A stretch of DNA of 63,249 bases, filler included. It is 9 parts of 9 records of this genome, joined end to end, with 100 filler letters (N's around TTAATTAATTAA, not from the genome) between each part and the next. Parts side by side here need not be neighbours in the genome. Positions count along the whole stretch, not along the records: positions 7,975 to 13,952 come from SRR31156797_13986; positions 14,053 to 21,406 come from SRR31156797_14015; 7 more parts are not named here. One strand, 5' to 3'. Under the pieces are notes generated by a model that did not search any database, had not been told where the DNA came from, and saw only the letters and a list, made by a program, of their open reading frames with translations. The position numbers and the translations under genes are program-made. This document shows, piece after piece, positions 10,354-19,847 of the stretch. Each line of letters opens with the position of its first letter. The stretch's first letter is position 1.

Positions 10354-11178
10354 CTAATCCTTCATTTTCTGACAATTTGAACAAAAAGTGGAAGAGCGTC
10401 CTGCTACAGTAGCGCCTTCAAAAGTTTTTCCGCAATCGGGACAGGCTTCGCCTTTTTTGCCGTAAACTTTGAAGCTGTTCTGAAATCCCCCGGCATCGCC
10501 GCCCGCATCCACGTAATCGCGGATGGAACTGCCGTTTTCCTGAATGGCCAGCTTAAGAACGGCCTGCAATTCAGTGAAGAGCTTTACCAGAGATTCTTTG
10601 GAAAGATCGGAAGCTTTGGCCTTGGGATGAATGTGGGAACGAAACAGGGATTCGTCAGCATAAATATTTCCGCACCCAGCCACTACGGACTGGTTGAGCA
10701 GCAAGCCCTTGATCTGGGCCTTGCGTCCGGTGATGCGTTCGGCGAGTTCTTCAGCAGTTACTTCCAGCGGTTCGGGTCCGAGATTCTTATAAAAATCCCA
10801 TTCCTGCAACTCATCGTTGTTCAGGGCACGCACTTCACCAAACTTGCGGGTATCGTGAAATTCAATTGATCCGCCGTCGGTCAAGCCGAAGACGACGCGG
10901 GTATGCGGTTCAGGGGTAGTGGGACCTTCATGAGCCAGAACACGTCCGGTCATCTTAAGATGAAAAGTTACGTGCAAATCTTCGCCAAGATCCATGATCA
11001 GCAGCTTGGCCCGACGATGGATGCGGGTAATCTTTTCCCCGGCTACGCGGGAGGAAAACAGATACCACGGCATTTTAACAGAACTGTGGTTGAGAATTTT
11101 AACAGATTCAATTGTCTTACCCTCAAGTGATTCGGCAAGACCACGGGATATTACTTCTACTTCCGGCAATTCTGGCAT
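10354..11178 (-). CDS. mutM: Formamidopyrimidine-DNA glycosylase
   Basis: MPELPEVE N-terminus, [23 protein letters not shown]-terminal zinc finger CPDC...CSNCQ. Confidence 0.98.
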   Translation of the reverse strand: MPELPEVEVISRGLAESLEGKTIESVKILNHSSVKMPWYLFSSRVAGEKITRIHRRAKLLIMDLGEDLHVTFHLKMTGRVLAHEGPTTPEPHTRVVFGLTDGGSIEFHDTRKFGEVRALNNDELQEWDFYKNLGPEPLEVTAEELAERITGRKAQIKGLLLNQSVVAGCGNIYADESLFRSHIHPKAKASDLSKESLVKLFTELQAVLKLAIQENGSSIRDYVDAGGDAGGFQNSFKVYGKKGEACPDCGKTFEGATVAGRSSTFCSNCQKMKD

Positions 11179-11198
11179 TTTACACTTCCTGAAATATC

Positions 11199-12377
11199 TT
11201 ATTTATCTTTTTTCATGCGGGTCAGTCTGCCCATATCAAGATCAAATAGTTCACCGCGGCGGTCTATAGTGAAGACCAACGGTTTGTCTTCTTTATGGGC
11301 CTTGGACCCGGCCATGTGCATGGCTGTCAGGCTGGTTACGGGGATTCCCTGCGCCTTTGCAATGATATCGCCAGGACGCAAACCTTTCTTGTAGCCCTTA
11401 CGATCCCGCTTAACTGCGGTGATAACCGCCCTCCCCTGACGTATTTCAATGGTCATGCCCATGCGGCTTTCATAAGACGGCGGGCAATAAAAAAATGACT
11501 CCGCCGCTGTGGGATAAAATTCATCACCCCGCCAAGGCATGATGGTCATAACTTTGGCCTGCGGGTCAAGAACTTTCAGTCGGCGCGGGATGCCCCAGCC
11601 GTGCTCAACATGTCCGCCCCCGGCAAGGATAACCACCGGATGTCCGGAACTTTGGCGCAGCTGCACGGCTTTTTCCGCCATACCTGTATCCCAGAGAGAC
11701 TGAACGAGAAAAAAACGTTCAACCTGCTTGGGATCAGTGGCATCACGGCCCTGATGCATGGCAAGAACTTCTTTTAATCCTTCCTCTTGTTCAGGCGCGG
11801 GAGGAATTACTTTTTCCGGCAACATAGCCCGGTCTTCCGGAGAAAGTCCTTCAAGTCCCTTTTCACGGACTTCTTTGACTAGACGGAAAGGAAAATTCAA
11901 TCCTGCTACAGTCAGCCTGCGCTTTTCCGCAAGTTCAAAAATAGGCTTGAACATGTTGAAGTCAAAACGCCAACCGTTCTCCCAATCAAGTTCCTTGAAT
12001 AGTTCCGAAACCGGAATCTGGCCGAGGTTAAAACGGTTGAGGACATCCTGCTTCTGGGCGGTTACCATCTCAAGACCGATAGCAACCTTGCCGGGACCAC
12101 GGGTCAAACCTTCGAGAATTTCGAACTGAGCCTTGTGGTCACAGATGGAGGTGTGTCCTTCCCCGATAAGCACATAATCTGCCTTTGACGCCTCGGCCAT
12201 GAGCTTATTGAAAGGCAGCGGATCGCCCACTGGATCAATATAATCCCCGGAACAAGGCAGAAAGGAAACCGCCATTTCAGATGGAATGTTTGTCTTCACA
12301 CATCCGCCAAGCACAAAAAAAAGTGCGCAAAGGACCAGAACAGTCCTTGCGCACTTGTTGATGGTATTAAAATCCAT
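11199..12377 (-). CDS. ChaN-family (haem/iron-uptake) lipoprotein with C-terminal PDZ domain
   Basis: Lipobox [34 protein letters not shown]...[14 protein letters not shown]-like tail; ATG 12377 preferred. Confidence 0.8.
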   Translation of the reverse strand: MDFNTINKCARTVLVLCALFFVLGGCVKTNIPSEMAVSFLPCSGDYIDPVGDPLPFNKLMAEASKADYVLIGEGHTSICDHKAQFEILEGLTRGPGKVAIGLEMVTAQKQDVLNRFNLGQIPVSELFKELDWENGWRFDFNMFKPIFELAEKRRLTVAGLNFPFRLVKEVREKGLEGLSPEDRAMLPEKVIPPAPEQEEGLKEVLAMHQGRDATDPKQVERFFLVQSLWDTGMAEKAVQLRQSSGHPVVILAGGGHVEHGWGIPRRLKVLDPQAKVMTIMPWRGDEFYPTAAESFFYCPPSYESRMGMTIEIRQGRAVITAVKRDRKGYKKGLRPGDIIAKAQGIPVTSLTAMHMAGSKAHKEDKPLVFTIDRRGELFDLDMGRLTRMKKDK

Positions 12378-12384
12378 ACCCGGG

Positions 12385-13650
12385 TTAATCCCAGTTACGC
12401 TTATCTTCAATGGGCCTGATCTGCGGAGGCAGTGAGCCGGGAGTCAGAACCTTGAGGATGGGACGAAGCTTGATCTTTTCACGGAACATATGCAGCAGTT
12501 CATCTTCACGCTTAAAGTTGGAGACCTCAATGTTGAGGATCATTTCATCAATGCCGCCGGGGTTGGTAACTTCGATCTGCCAACGTTTGACTTCTTCGAA
12601 ATGAGCCATAACCTGTTCAACCTGATGGGGGTAAACAAACATACCCTTGATACGTGCAGTGGTATCCACGCGGCCTACGATATTACCGAGACGCGGTGTG
12701 GAACGTCCGCAAGGGCAGGGAGTGCGGTCGATGTAACTCAGGTCGCCCGTAGCGAGTCTGATCAACGGGTAAGTCTTGTTGAAAGCGGTGATGACGATTT
12801 CGCCAACTTCGCCGTCCTTAAGCGGAATACCGGTATCAGGGTGGCAGATTTCGACAAAGGCGCGGTTGGTGATATGCAGACCGTTCTTGTGGTAGCACTC
12901 GTAACCGATACAGCCAACGTCAGCGGTTCCGTAACCCTGACGCATGATCAGGTCGAATTTCTTCTCCAGATCGGAACGCATTTTCTCGGAGAATTTTTCC
13001 CCGGTGACAAATGCTACTTCAAGATACAGATCCTTACGCAGATTCAGACCGGCTTCTTCCGCCTTCTGAGCCAGATGCATAAGGTAGCTGGGAGTACCGA
13101 CATAGCCGGTAACACGCAGTTTCTGCATAATTTCAAGCTGACTATTGGTGGAGCCGGGACCAGCAGGAACAACTGCGCAGTTCAGGTTGCGCAGGGGTTC
13201 TTCAAACATGAGTCCGGCAGGAGCCAGATGGTAGTTAAAAGTGACCTGAGCTACGTCACCGGAACGGAATCCGGCAGCGTAGAAACCTTCAGTCCATCCC
13301 CAGTAATCATCGGAACGGTCTTCGGGATCGAAGATAGGTCCGGGAGAAAGGAAGATGCGGCGCAGTTCGCCAAGATCTTTGGTCAGCAGTCCGCCGAGAC
13401 GAGGTCCCATGGACTGAAGAAAGATAAGCTCTTTCTTCTTTAAGATAGGTATATGTTTAAGATCGGAAAGCTCTTTGAACTTATCGACCTGAAACTGAGC
13501 TCTGTCGAAACGTTTTTTGACGTCTTCAGAATAACGGTAGGCATAGGTCAAAAGTTCCTTGAGCTGCAGGGCGCAGTATTGGCGTCTTTCGCCTTCATCA
13601 AGAACTTCACGACGGCTATAGATGCCTTCGGTACGGTCTTTACGAGTCAT
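12385..13650 (-). CDS. Phenylacetate--CoA ligase (PaaK) family protein
   Basis: FLSPGPIFDPE, YVGTPSYL, QGYGTAD, YPLIRLATGDLS, GRVD...IKGMFVYP. Confidence 0.85.
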   Translation of the reverse strand: MTRKDRTEGIYSRREVLDEGERRQYCALQLKELLTYAYRYSEDVKKRFDRAQFQVDKFKELSDLKHIPILKKKELIFLQSMGPRLGGLLTKDLGELRRIFLSPGPIFDPEDRSDDYWGWTEGFYAAGFRSGDVAQVTFNYHLAPAGLMFEEPLRNLNCAVVPAGPGSTNSQLEIMQKLRVTGYVGTPSYLMHLAQKAEEAGLNLRKDLYLEVAFVTGEKFSEKMRSDLEKKFDLIMRQGYGTADVGCIGYECYHKNGLHITNRAFVEICHPDTGIPLKDGEVGEIVITAFNKTYPLIRLATGDLSYIDRTPCPCGRSTPRLGNIVGRVDTTARIKGMFVYPHQVEQVMAHFEEVKRWQIEVTNPGGIDEMILNIEVSNFKREDELLHMFREKIKLRPILKVLTPGSLPPQIRPIEDKRNWD

Positions 13651-13710
13651 TTATAGGTTTCCTCCATAATTTATTGCCAAATAAGTGTCGGCACTTCATT
13701 CAGCTTAGGT

Positions 13711-13739
13711 AATATATGAAAACAAAACATATTTGTCAA
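13711..13739 (-). promoter_or_regulatory. Sigma70 promoter of the paaK-like/chaN/mutM/murJ operon
   Basis: Minus strand TTGACA (13739-13734), 17 nt, TATATT (13716-13711). Confidence 0.7.
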
Positions 13740-13873
13740 CTTTTTTGAAACTTATCCTTTTATTTCGATAACATAGACAATTTCACGCACAACACACCAA
13801 GTTCGCTAGGTATATTGCAGAGCGAAAATTCTAACGCCAAAACAAGAAAAAACAAACTTTTTCATTTTTTTTG

Positions 13874-13902
13874 TTGACAGGGAAGTGCTGTCTGGATAAA
13901 AG
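13874..13902 (+). promoter_or_regulatory. Stable-RNA sigma70 promoter
   Basis: TTGACA-17 nt-TAAAAG, with upstream A/T tracts, about 20 nt before a tRNA. Confidence 0.65.
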
Positions 13903-13922
13903 CTTCTTCGTTCGCACGGAGA

Positions 13923-13952
13923 GGGTCGTTAACTCAGTTGGTAGAGTATCTG
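13923..13952 (+). tRNA. tRNA 5' fragment (probably tRNA-Lys; anticodon lost at the contig break)
   Basis: GGGTCGT-TA-ACTC-AGTTGGTA-GAGT-A-TCTG gives acceptor 5' strand, D-arm and start of anticodon stem. Confidence 0.8.
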
Positions 13953-14052
13953 NNNNNNNNNNNNNNNNNNNNNNNNNNNNNNNNNNNNNNNNNNNNTTAA
14001 TTAATTAANNNNNNNNNNNNNNNNNNNNNNNNNNNNNNNNNNNNNNNNNNNN
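13953..14052. other. Artificial contig spacer
   Basis: N44-TTAATTAATTAA-N44. Confidence 0.98.
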
Positions 14053-14311
14053 CTTCCGCCACGGGGAAGTCAAGAATCTTTCCCGGCACCTCAAAGGACA
14101 TATCCACTTCCTGGGCCGCCTTTATCTCGCCGGCATATTCCATGGCGCCGCCCTTGCCGGAGCGGCCCACTTCAAAGAACTTGACCGGCCTGACGGGTTC
14201 CTTTTTTTCAACCGGTGCCTCCCGGCCGCACCCAGGCAAAGCGGTGATGATCATAAAGATAACCAGACTGACAACAAGGCGGTCATACAATTGTCTTGGA
14301 CAAACAGCCAT
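14053..14311 (-). CDS. RND efflux periplasmic adaptor lipoprotein, N-terminal fragment
   Basis: Lipobox LPGC, PVRPVK, YAGEIKAAQEVDMSFEVPGKI; truncated by contig end. Confidence 0.85.
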
Positions 14312-14358
14312 GGGAACTCCTTTTATATGAATGGGTTCTTTATTGTTTGACGGACACG

Positions 14359-15150
14359 TTAATTGGCGATCTTTATCTTTCTGGATGTATCATAGAGTAA
14401 CCGGACCATTTCATATTCAAATGGGGAGCCTGTCATATGGTATCTGAAGTCCATCTGGTTACGGGCGTCCACGGCGTTCAGCAGATTATAGGGAATACGG
14501 AGGTCATTGTGCTCAAAATTGAAGGGGTCCGCAAGGGTGAACGCAGCAGCTTGACCGATACTGCCGGTGGTATCCCTCAGGTTGGAGGGACCGAAAACGG
14601 GAAGCACGATGTAGGGGCCCCGGCCCACCCCGTAATACCCCAATGTCTGGCCAAGATCCTCATCCTGGGGGGGGATTCCCCTTGGGCCCGTAATGTCAAT
14701 CAGGCCGAGGATTCCCAGGGTTGAATTCACGGTGAACCGGATGGTGCTCAGGGTCGCTTTTTCGCCCTTTAATTGAAGCAGGGAATTGGCAAGGGAGAAC
14801 ACCTCTTCGAGGTTGTTGAAGAAATTGGAAATCCCGGTTTCCGCGAAATCCGGCAGGATAAACTTATAGGCCCTTAAAACCGGGAGGTAGATATATTGGT
14901 CAAACCTGGCATTGAACAGATACATGCCGCGATTGAACCCCTCCCAGGGATCGTACACCTGCTTGGTCACATAGGTCACATCCGGTTTGACATAAATTTC
15001 AACCGGGCGTTTGGCCGGCGTTATTTTATCCGGGGAGACCTGCACCGAACTGCAGCCTGAAAGGAAGAGGACGGCGACAACCCCCGGGACCATAACCAGC
15101 AGAGCGGCTTTATGCATAATATTCACGGCTGATATCCTTCCTTTACTCAA
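14359..15150 (-). CDS. MlaA/VacJ-family lipoprotein (MlaZ-like)
   Basis: Lipobox LSGC, DPWEGFNRGMYLFN, NFFNNL, RFTVNSTLGILGLID, EDLGQTLGYYGV, GPYIVLPVFGPSNLRD. Confidence 0.92.
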   Translation of the reverse strand: MSKGRISAVNIMHKAALLVMVPGVVAVLFLSGCSSVQVSPDKITPAKRPVEIYVKPDVTYVTKQVYDPWEGFNRGMYLFNARFDQYIYLPVLRAYKFILPDFAETGISNFFNNLEEVFSLANSLLQLKGEKATLSTIRFTVNSTLGILGLIDITGPRGIPPQDEDLGQTLGYYGVGRGPYIVLPVFGPSNLRDTTGSIGQAAAFTLADPFNFEHNDLRIPYNLLNAVDARNQMDFRYHMTGSPFEYEMVRLLYDTSRKIKIAN

Positions 15151-16426
15151 CTTTGAAAAAGTTCGTCATATAACCAACGTTGCTTTGGTGTTCCATGTTG
15201 CCGCAGTGTCCGCCATTGGGATAAATGACTGCCCTGGAAGTAAAAATACGTCGCAGGTAATCCACTTCCCCCGGCGCCAGGATCAGGTCATCCTCATTGG
15301 TCATCAGGCCGATCTTTTCCGTCTTTTTCAGATATTCCTCAATGCTTTTCAGGCTTGCTTTCCGGATGAGCTCCTTTTTGCTCAACCCGGGATTCCTCGC
15401 TAGGAACCAGGGGAAGAAGAATTCATGGAAATAGTCGGTAAAACCGGTACGAAACGCAACAATCCCGTAATCGGTGAGGGAGGTGTAGGGGGAGAGTTCA
15501 AGGTGGGCCGGCACGATGAATCCGCCGTTGACCATGACATCGGAGGTGAAGATCATGTTGGATGAGGAAATCCTGAACGCAGTGCCGATCAGGGCGGCCA
15601 GCCCGCTCTCTTTGGGGGGGCTCTTTTTGTACAATTCGTACAAAAAATCCGGGTCTGTCAAATCGATCTGGTTTTCTTCGGAATGAAACTGGGAAATCTT
15701 TTGGAACACCTGGGCAAAGAAAGCGTCAAAGTGATCCAGGCCGCCGGGGACATTCTCTTCGAGCATTTTATCCAGGCGGGTCACTGAATTGAAGAGGCTG
15801 ACCGGGGGATTGATCATCAGGACTTTTTTAAACCCGAACCGTTTTTCCTCCTCATCCAGTTTTGAAACAAATGCCGCCTGGGCGGCCCCCAGGCTGTAAC
15901 CGGTGAGATAGAAATCAGAGACCCGGATGGCGGGTTTTATCTTCTCCCAGGCAAGGGCCATCACCCGGTACAGGTCCCGGGCATCCTGCTCAATGTCTCC
16001 CGGCACCATGGTGGTGGATGCCGTCACAATGAAATTGGCATGGGTGGGGGAGGGAAGGGAGAGCACATGGAAGCCGGCGTTATAAAATGCCTTCTGCATG
16101 GCCCGCATCTTCATGGAATTATGGCCGGCCCCGGTTCCTGCGATATTGATGATCAGGGGGGCCTTTTTTTTCTGATGGGCCAGGGAGCATTCCAGCTTTT
16201 GGTAGTACCAGAACAGGTCCGGGATCTTGCGGTCTTCAAAAACGGTCAATTGCAGTTTCTTCAGCCTGATCTCATCGGCAAGCGCCTTCTTGTAAATTCG
16301 AGGGGTACCAATGACCGTTGCTTCATAGGGATTTACAAAAGGGTAATCATACCCGTCTAACTGCACATCCGCCAGGCAGACGGGAACAAGAACCAGCCAA
16401 TAAAAAAACAGGAATAATCTTTTCAT
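15143..16426 (-). CDS. Secreted alpha/beta-hydrolase (putative lipase, MlaY-like)
   Basis: Signal peptide from ATG 16426, IAGTGA oxyanion region, GYSLG nucleophile elbow, DDLIL, GGHCGN; overlaps the MlaA gene. Confidence 0.8.
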   Translation of the reverse strand: MKRLFLFFYWLVLVPVCLADVQLDGYDYPFVNPYEATVIGTPRIYKKALADEIRLKKLQLTVFEDRKIPDLFWYYQKLECSLAHQKKKAPLIINIAGTGAGHNSMKMRAMQKAFYNAGFHVLSLPSPTHANFIVTASTTMVPGDIEQDARDLYRVMALAWEKIKPAIRVSDFYLTGYSLGAAQAAFVSKLDEEEKRFGFKKVLMINPPVSLFNSVTRLDKMLEENVPGGLDHFDAFFAQVFQKISQFHSEENQIDLTDPDFLYELYKKSPPKESGLAALIGTAFRISSSNMIFTSDVMVNGGFIVPAHLELSPYTSLTDYGIVAFRTGFTDYFHEFFFPWFLARNPGLSKKELIRKASLKSIEEYLKKTEKIGLMTNEDDLILAPGEVDYLRRIFTSRAVIYPNGGHCGNMEHQSNVGYMTNFFKVE

Positions 16427-16534
16427 TAGGGTCACCAGTTTCCCATTGTTGTTAAGCAATCTCAGGCGAAGGGAAGTAAGGCTCAGGAGTTGAATTTGCG
16501 GTATTTTGATACCCTACCATGGTTCCATCGTCAT

Positions 16535-18766
16535 TTAAAGATCTTTTTTGGGGTCTTCTCCGGCCGCGATTGCCGCGCCGGCCTGGATGATTTTCTGCCG
16601 GGATGCTTCATCGGGTGCCCCTGATGGTTGCGAACCCTCCGGGGGCATATATACGGTCACGTTTCTGTGGGCAAACTCGATGCCTTCCTCTTTGAATGCT
16701 TCCTGGAGCAGCCGGTAGACCTCCTTTCGAATGGCAAACTGATCCCCCGGTTTTGTCTTATATTTTATCCGCATGATCATGGCTGAGTCATCCATCTGTC
16801 GAACGCCCTGGGATTTGATCTTTCCCAGGAGTTTGGGTCCCAGCTCCTCATTCTTGAGAATGGGTTTATATACCTTTTTCTTGATTACTTTTCTGACTTT
16901 TTCAACGTCGGTATCGTAGCGCACCCTGAAGTCCAGTTTGGTAATGATATAATCCCGGCTGTAATTGGTCACCGTCGCAATATCACCGAAGGGGATGGTG
17001 TTCACCATTCCCCTTGGGTGACGCAGTTTTAGGGAGCGAAGGGAGATAACCTCCACCATCCCTTTTGTGGTGCCGATCCGGATATAGTCTCCCACCCGGA
17101 AGGCATCATCCACCAGGAAAAAAACACCGGAGATGATATCCTTCACCAGGGTCTGGGCCCCGAAACCGATAGCCAGGCCGACGACGCCGGCGCCGGCAAC
17201 CAGTGGCCCGATATTGACCCCCATTGCCGAGAGAATGACCATGGCGGCCATGACGAGGATAAAAATCAGTAAAAATTTGCGCAACAGCAGCAGCAGGGTG
17301 CCGATCCTGGAACCGCCGGCCCCTCCCTCCTCCAGATCCTGGTCCTCTTCGGGCATTTCGACACGGAGCCTGCGCTGGATGGCTGTGTTTAAAAAGGTCC
17401 AAACCACATAGGAGAGCAATACAACGATCAGGCTGTTGAATATGGCTTTGGCCACCGCCTTTCCAATGGGTAATTCCATCCCCCAGATGTTCAGGGTCCA
17501 GATGATGAACAGGACAACCAGGGCAACTCGAAGTGAGGACGTGATGGCCTGCTTCATGGGGCGGACCGAGTCTGATTCCTTCTCATTTTCCTCCTCCAGG
17601 GAGTTTTCCGGGAGAATCCCGAACAGCAGTTCCAATATCCGGCAGATGCCCCAGTCCATTAAAAAATAGAGGGGAAGCATCAACAGGGTCTTGAGGGCTG
17701 CATATCCACCCGGGTTGCCCAGGAGCATATTTCCCGTTGACAGGATAAGAATGAGGAAAATACCGAAAACAGCAAAGTGATGCCATTTCTGCATGAGTCT
17801 TGCCCGCAGGCTTCCCACGGGAAATTTTGCCGAAAGCGCCTCTGCCAGCGCTTTTCGCTTTTGGAGAACCATGACCACCAGCATGGCGGCCATGATCAGG
17901 GAAACCATGAAAATCGCTTTGATGTGCTCGGCTTCGCTTGCGCCGGCAAGCCGTATGATTCCACAGGTCAGTAATCCGAAACTTGCGAAGATGGCGATGG
18001 CGGACGTCCATCGGTAAAGATACCGGGCCGTGGCGGTTGACATCGGCAAGAACCGTGAGGACGGATCCCCGGGGGCCAGAAAAAACCGGGAGATGATCAG
18101 CGTCATCCTTACCGCTGCCATGGCTGACAGATAGGTCGCCACCAGCATGCGAAGGGCCTGTGTTCGTTCAAATAAAAGATGATAGAATAGCACCACGCCC
18201 GCAATAAAGATCAAAGTGGATATCAGGTCTATACCTGCCTGCAACAGCCGTTTACCGATTTTGTCCAGGAATGCCGCCGGTGTTTCATACTGAGTACGGC
18301 CCCTGAAGGGGGCGCTGTACCAGCGAAATCCCAGCTCAACCGCAAATGCCGCGATAAATAAGCATAAGACTTTCACGATCGTCCCCATGGGATTGAAATC
18401 GATTTCGTCCTTGCCCAGATGCTTGAAAATGCCCTTCATCCTTTGGGCATCCATTCTTTCGCCGGATTTTAAAAATTCCATCCGTTTCTGAACCAGAAGA
18501 AATTTTTCTCTTATCTCTTCTATGAAAATCGCAAGCCTGCCGGCCTCATCCTTTTCCGGTGATTCCAGCCCCGCCGTGGCCTGTTTCTTCAACTCTTCTA
18601 TCAGCAGACGTCGTACCTGTTCGTCATTCATTTCAGCAACAATGGCTTCCGGCGGCCTGCCTGGGGAAATTGACGGTTGTTCAGGCGCACCATCCGATGG
18701 CCCTGCACTGCTTACCGTACCCCCCAGCACCAATAGGATCAGAGCGATTCCGGTTAAATACTTCAA
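16535..18766 (-). CDS. Large MscS-family mechanosensitive channel (YbiO-like)
   Basis: Signal peptide, about 11 TMs, GPLVAGAGVVGLAIGFGAQTLVKDIISG, GMVEVISLRS, IPFGDI..VTNYSR. Confidence 0.93.
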   Translation of the reverse strand: MKYLTGIALILLVLGGTVSSAGPSDGAPEQPSISPGRPPEAIVAEMNDEQVRRLLIEELKKQATAGLESPEKDEAGRLAIFIEEIREKFLLVQKRMEFLKSGERMDAQRMKGIFKHLGKDEIDFNPMGTIVKVLCLFIAAFAVELGFRWYSAPFRGRTQYETPAAFLDKIGKRLLQAGIDLISTLIFIAGVVLFYHLLFERTQALRMLVATYLSAMAAVRMTLIISRFFLAPGDPSSRFLPMSTATARYLYRWTSAIAIFASFGLLTCGIIRLAGASEAEHIKAIFMVSLIMAAMLVVMVLQKRKALAEALSAKFPVGSLRARLMQKWHHFAVFGIFLILILSTGNMLLGNPGGYAALKTLLMLPLYFLMDWGICRILELLFGILPENSLEEENEKESDSVRPMKQAITSSLRVALVVLFIIWTLNIWGMELPIGKAVAKAIFNSLIVVLLSYVVWTFLNTAIQRRLRVEMPEEDQDLEEGGAGGSRIGTLLLLLRKFLLIFILVMAAMVILSAMGVNIGPLVAGAGVVGLAIGFGAQTLVKDIISGVFFLVDDAFRVGDYIRIGTTKGMVEVISLRSLKLRHPRGMVNTIPFGDIATVTNYSRDYIITKLDFRVRYDTDVEKVRKVIKKKVYKPILKNEELGPKLLGKIKSQGVRQMDDSAMIMRIKYKTKPGDQFAIRKEVYRLLQEAFKEEGIEFAHRNVTVYMPPEGSQPSGAPDEASRQKIIQAGAAIAAGEDPKKDL

Positions 18767-18931
18767 AGCGAATCACTCAAAAAAACGTTTGGAGGTTCCA
18801 TTCTATTCTCCTTGTTGAACCTGTTAATAAAAATATGAAGTATCAATGGATCGTGATGCGCCTTGCCCAACTGGAAAAAGGAGAGGAGGGCTTTCTAAAT
18901 CCGAGCGTTGCCGGGTGCGCATTGGGTTAAG

Positions 18932-18967
18932 TATAATTCTTTTCAAGTGGATTTAAAAGCGATTATA
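18932..18967. repeat. 36-bp palindromic intergenic repeat, copy 1
   Basis: TATAATTCTTTTCAAGTGGATTTAAAAGCGATTATA; near-identical copy at 19658-19693. Confidence 0.75.
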
Positions 18968-19195
18968 TCCGGGGCTGCCGGATGTTTACGGAAATTTGAT
19001 GAATCCGATCTGTTTTTGAATTAAATTGTTTTTTGACCGGGACCCTGATAGTTTTTTGTACATGGCTCCTTTGCTTTTGTTCCGTTTTTTGATCCTTTAC
19101 GATAAAGCGTAAAACCGGCGACTTGTAACTTAGAATGAGAGAACAGGTGTGTTCACAGCCATCTCTTTCGCTGACTTTTAAATAGGGGGAGAACG

Positions 19196-19559
19196 ATGAA
19201 AAGAATCGTGTTGGGAATGGTTGCTTTCAGGCGGATACGGGATGCCCGTCAATCAGATGATGACTCTCAATCTCCAGGCGTTTACCACCTGGGCGGATGA
19301 TGACTACATGGAATCTTATTTTTCCGTCACCGGTGCCGGTTCCCAGGCCAGCGGGCTTGATGCTTACAATGCGGAGTCCGGGATAAAGGACATCGGCTTG
19401 ACCGTTTCACTTCATTACACGCCATGGTGGCATTGGGGCATTATGGGGTTGTGGCCGTATAAAAGACTACTGGGGGATGCAAAGGACAGCCCCATCGTAG
19501 ATAAAGAAGGGGATGAGGGGCAGGCCGTTATCGGCGTCATGGCCACCTATCGGTTCTGA
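19196..19559 (+). pseudogene. MipA/OmpV-family outer-membrane protein with internal deletion
   Basis: GGGGGAG SD + ATG 19196 (MKRIVLGMVAF) joined out of frame to the C-terminal ~110 aa (TWADDDYMESYFSV...YKRLLGDAKDSPIV...ATYRF). Confidence 0.75.
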
Positions 19560-19657
19560 TGATCAGAGTCCGGTAAATCAGACGGGTTCAGGCTGATTAT
19601 TTGATACTAAAAAATTCCTTGGGGATCAGTCCATGGTTGGGAGAGCGCTTGTTTGAA

Positions 19658-19693
19658 TATAATTCTTTTCAAATTTATTTAAAAGGGATTATA
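19658..19693. repeat. 36-bp palindromic intergenic repeat, copy 2
   Basis: TATAATTCTTTTCAAATTTATTTAAAAGGGATTATA; like copy 1 it is followed by GGGGCTG...TGTTTACG. Confidence 0.75.
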
Positions 19694-19847
19694 GTTGTGG
19701 GGGCTGAGTGTTTACGTAAAAAACAAAACAGAAAGCCTGAAAGGACAACGATTAAAAGCGTGCCGGGATTATCCCTTGCAAGGCTATATATAATTTGGTA
19801 GCGTCATTGCCTTTCAATGAAACAGTAACATACAGGAGTTTGAAAAA

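Noticed and set aside
12490-13443. 317-aa plus-strand ORF
   Set aside because: Antisense to the PaaK-like gene; no motifs; typical codon-bias shadow
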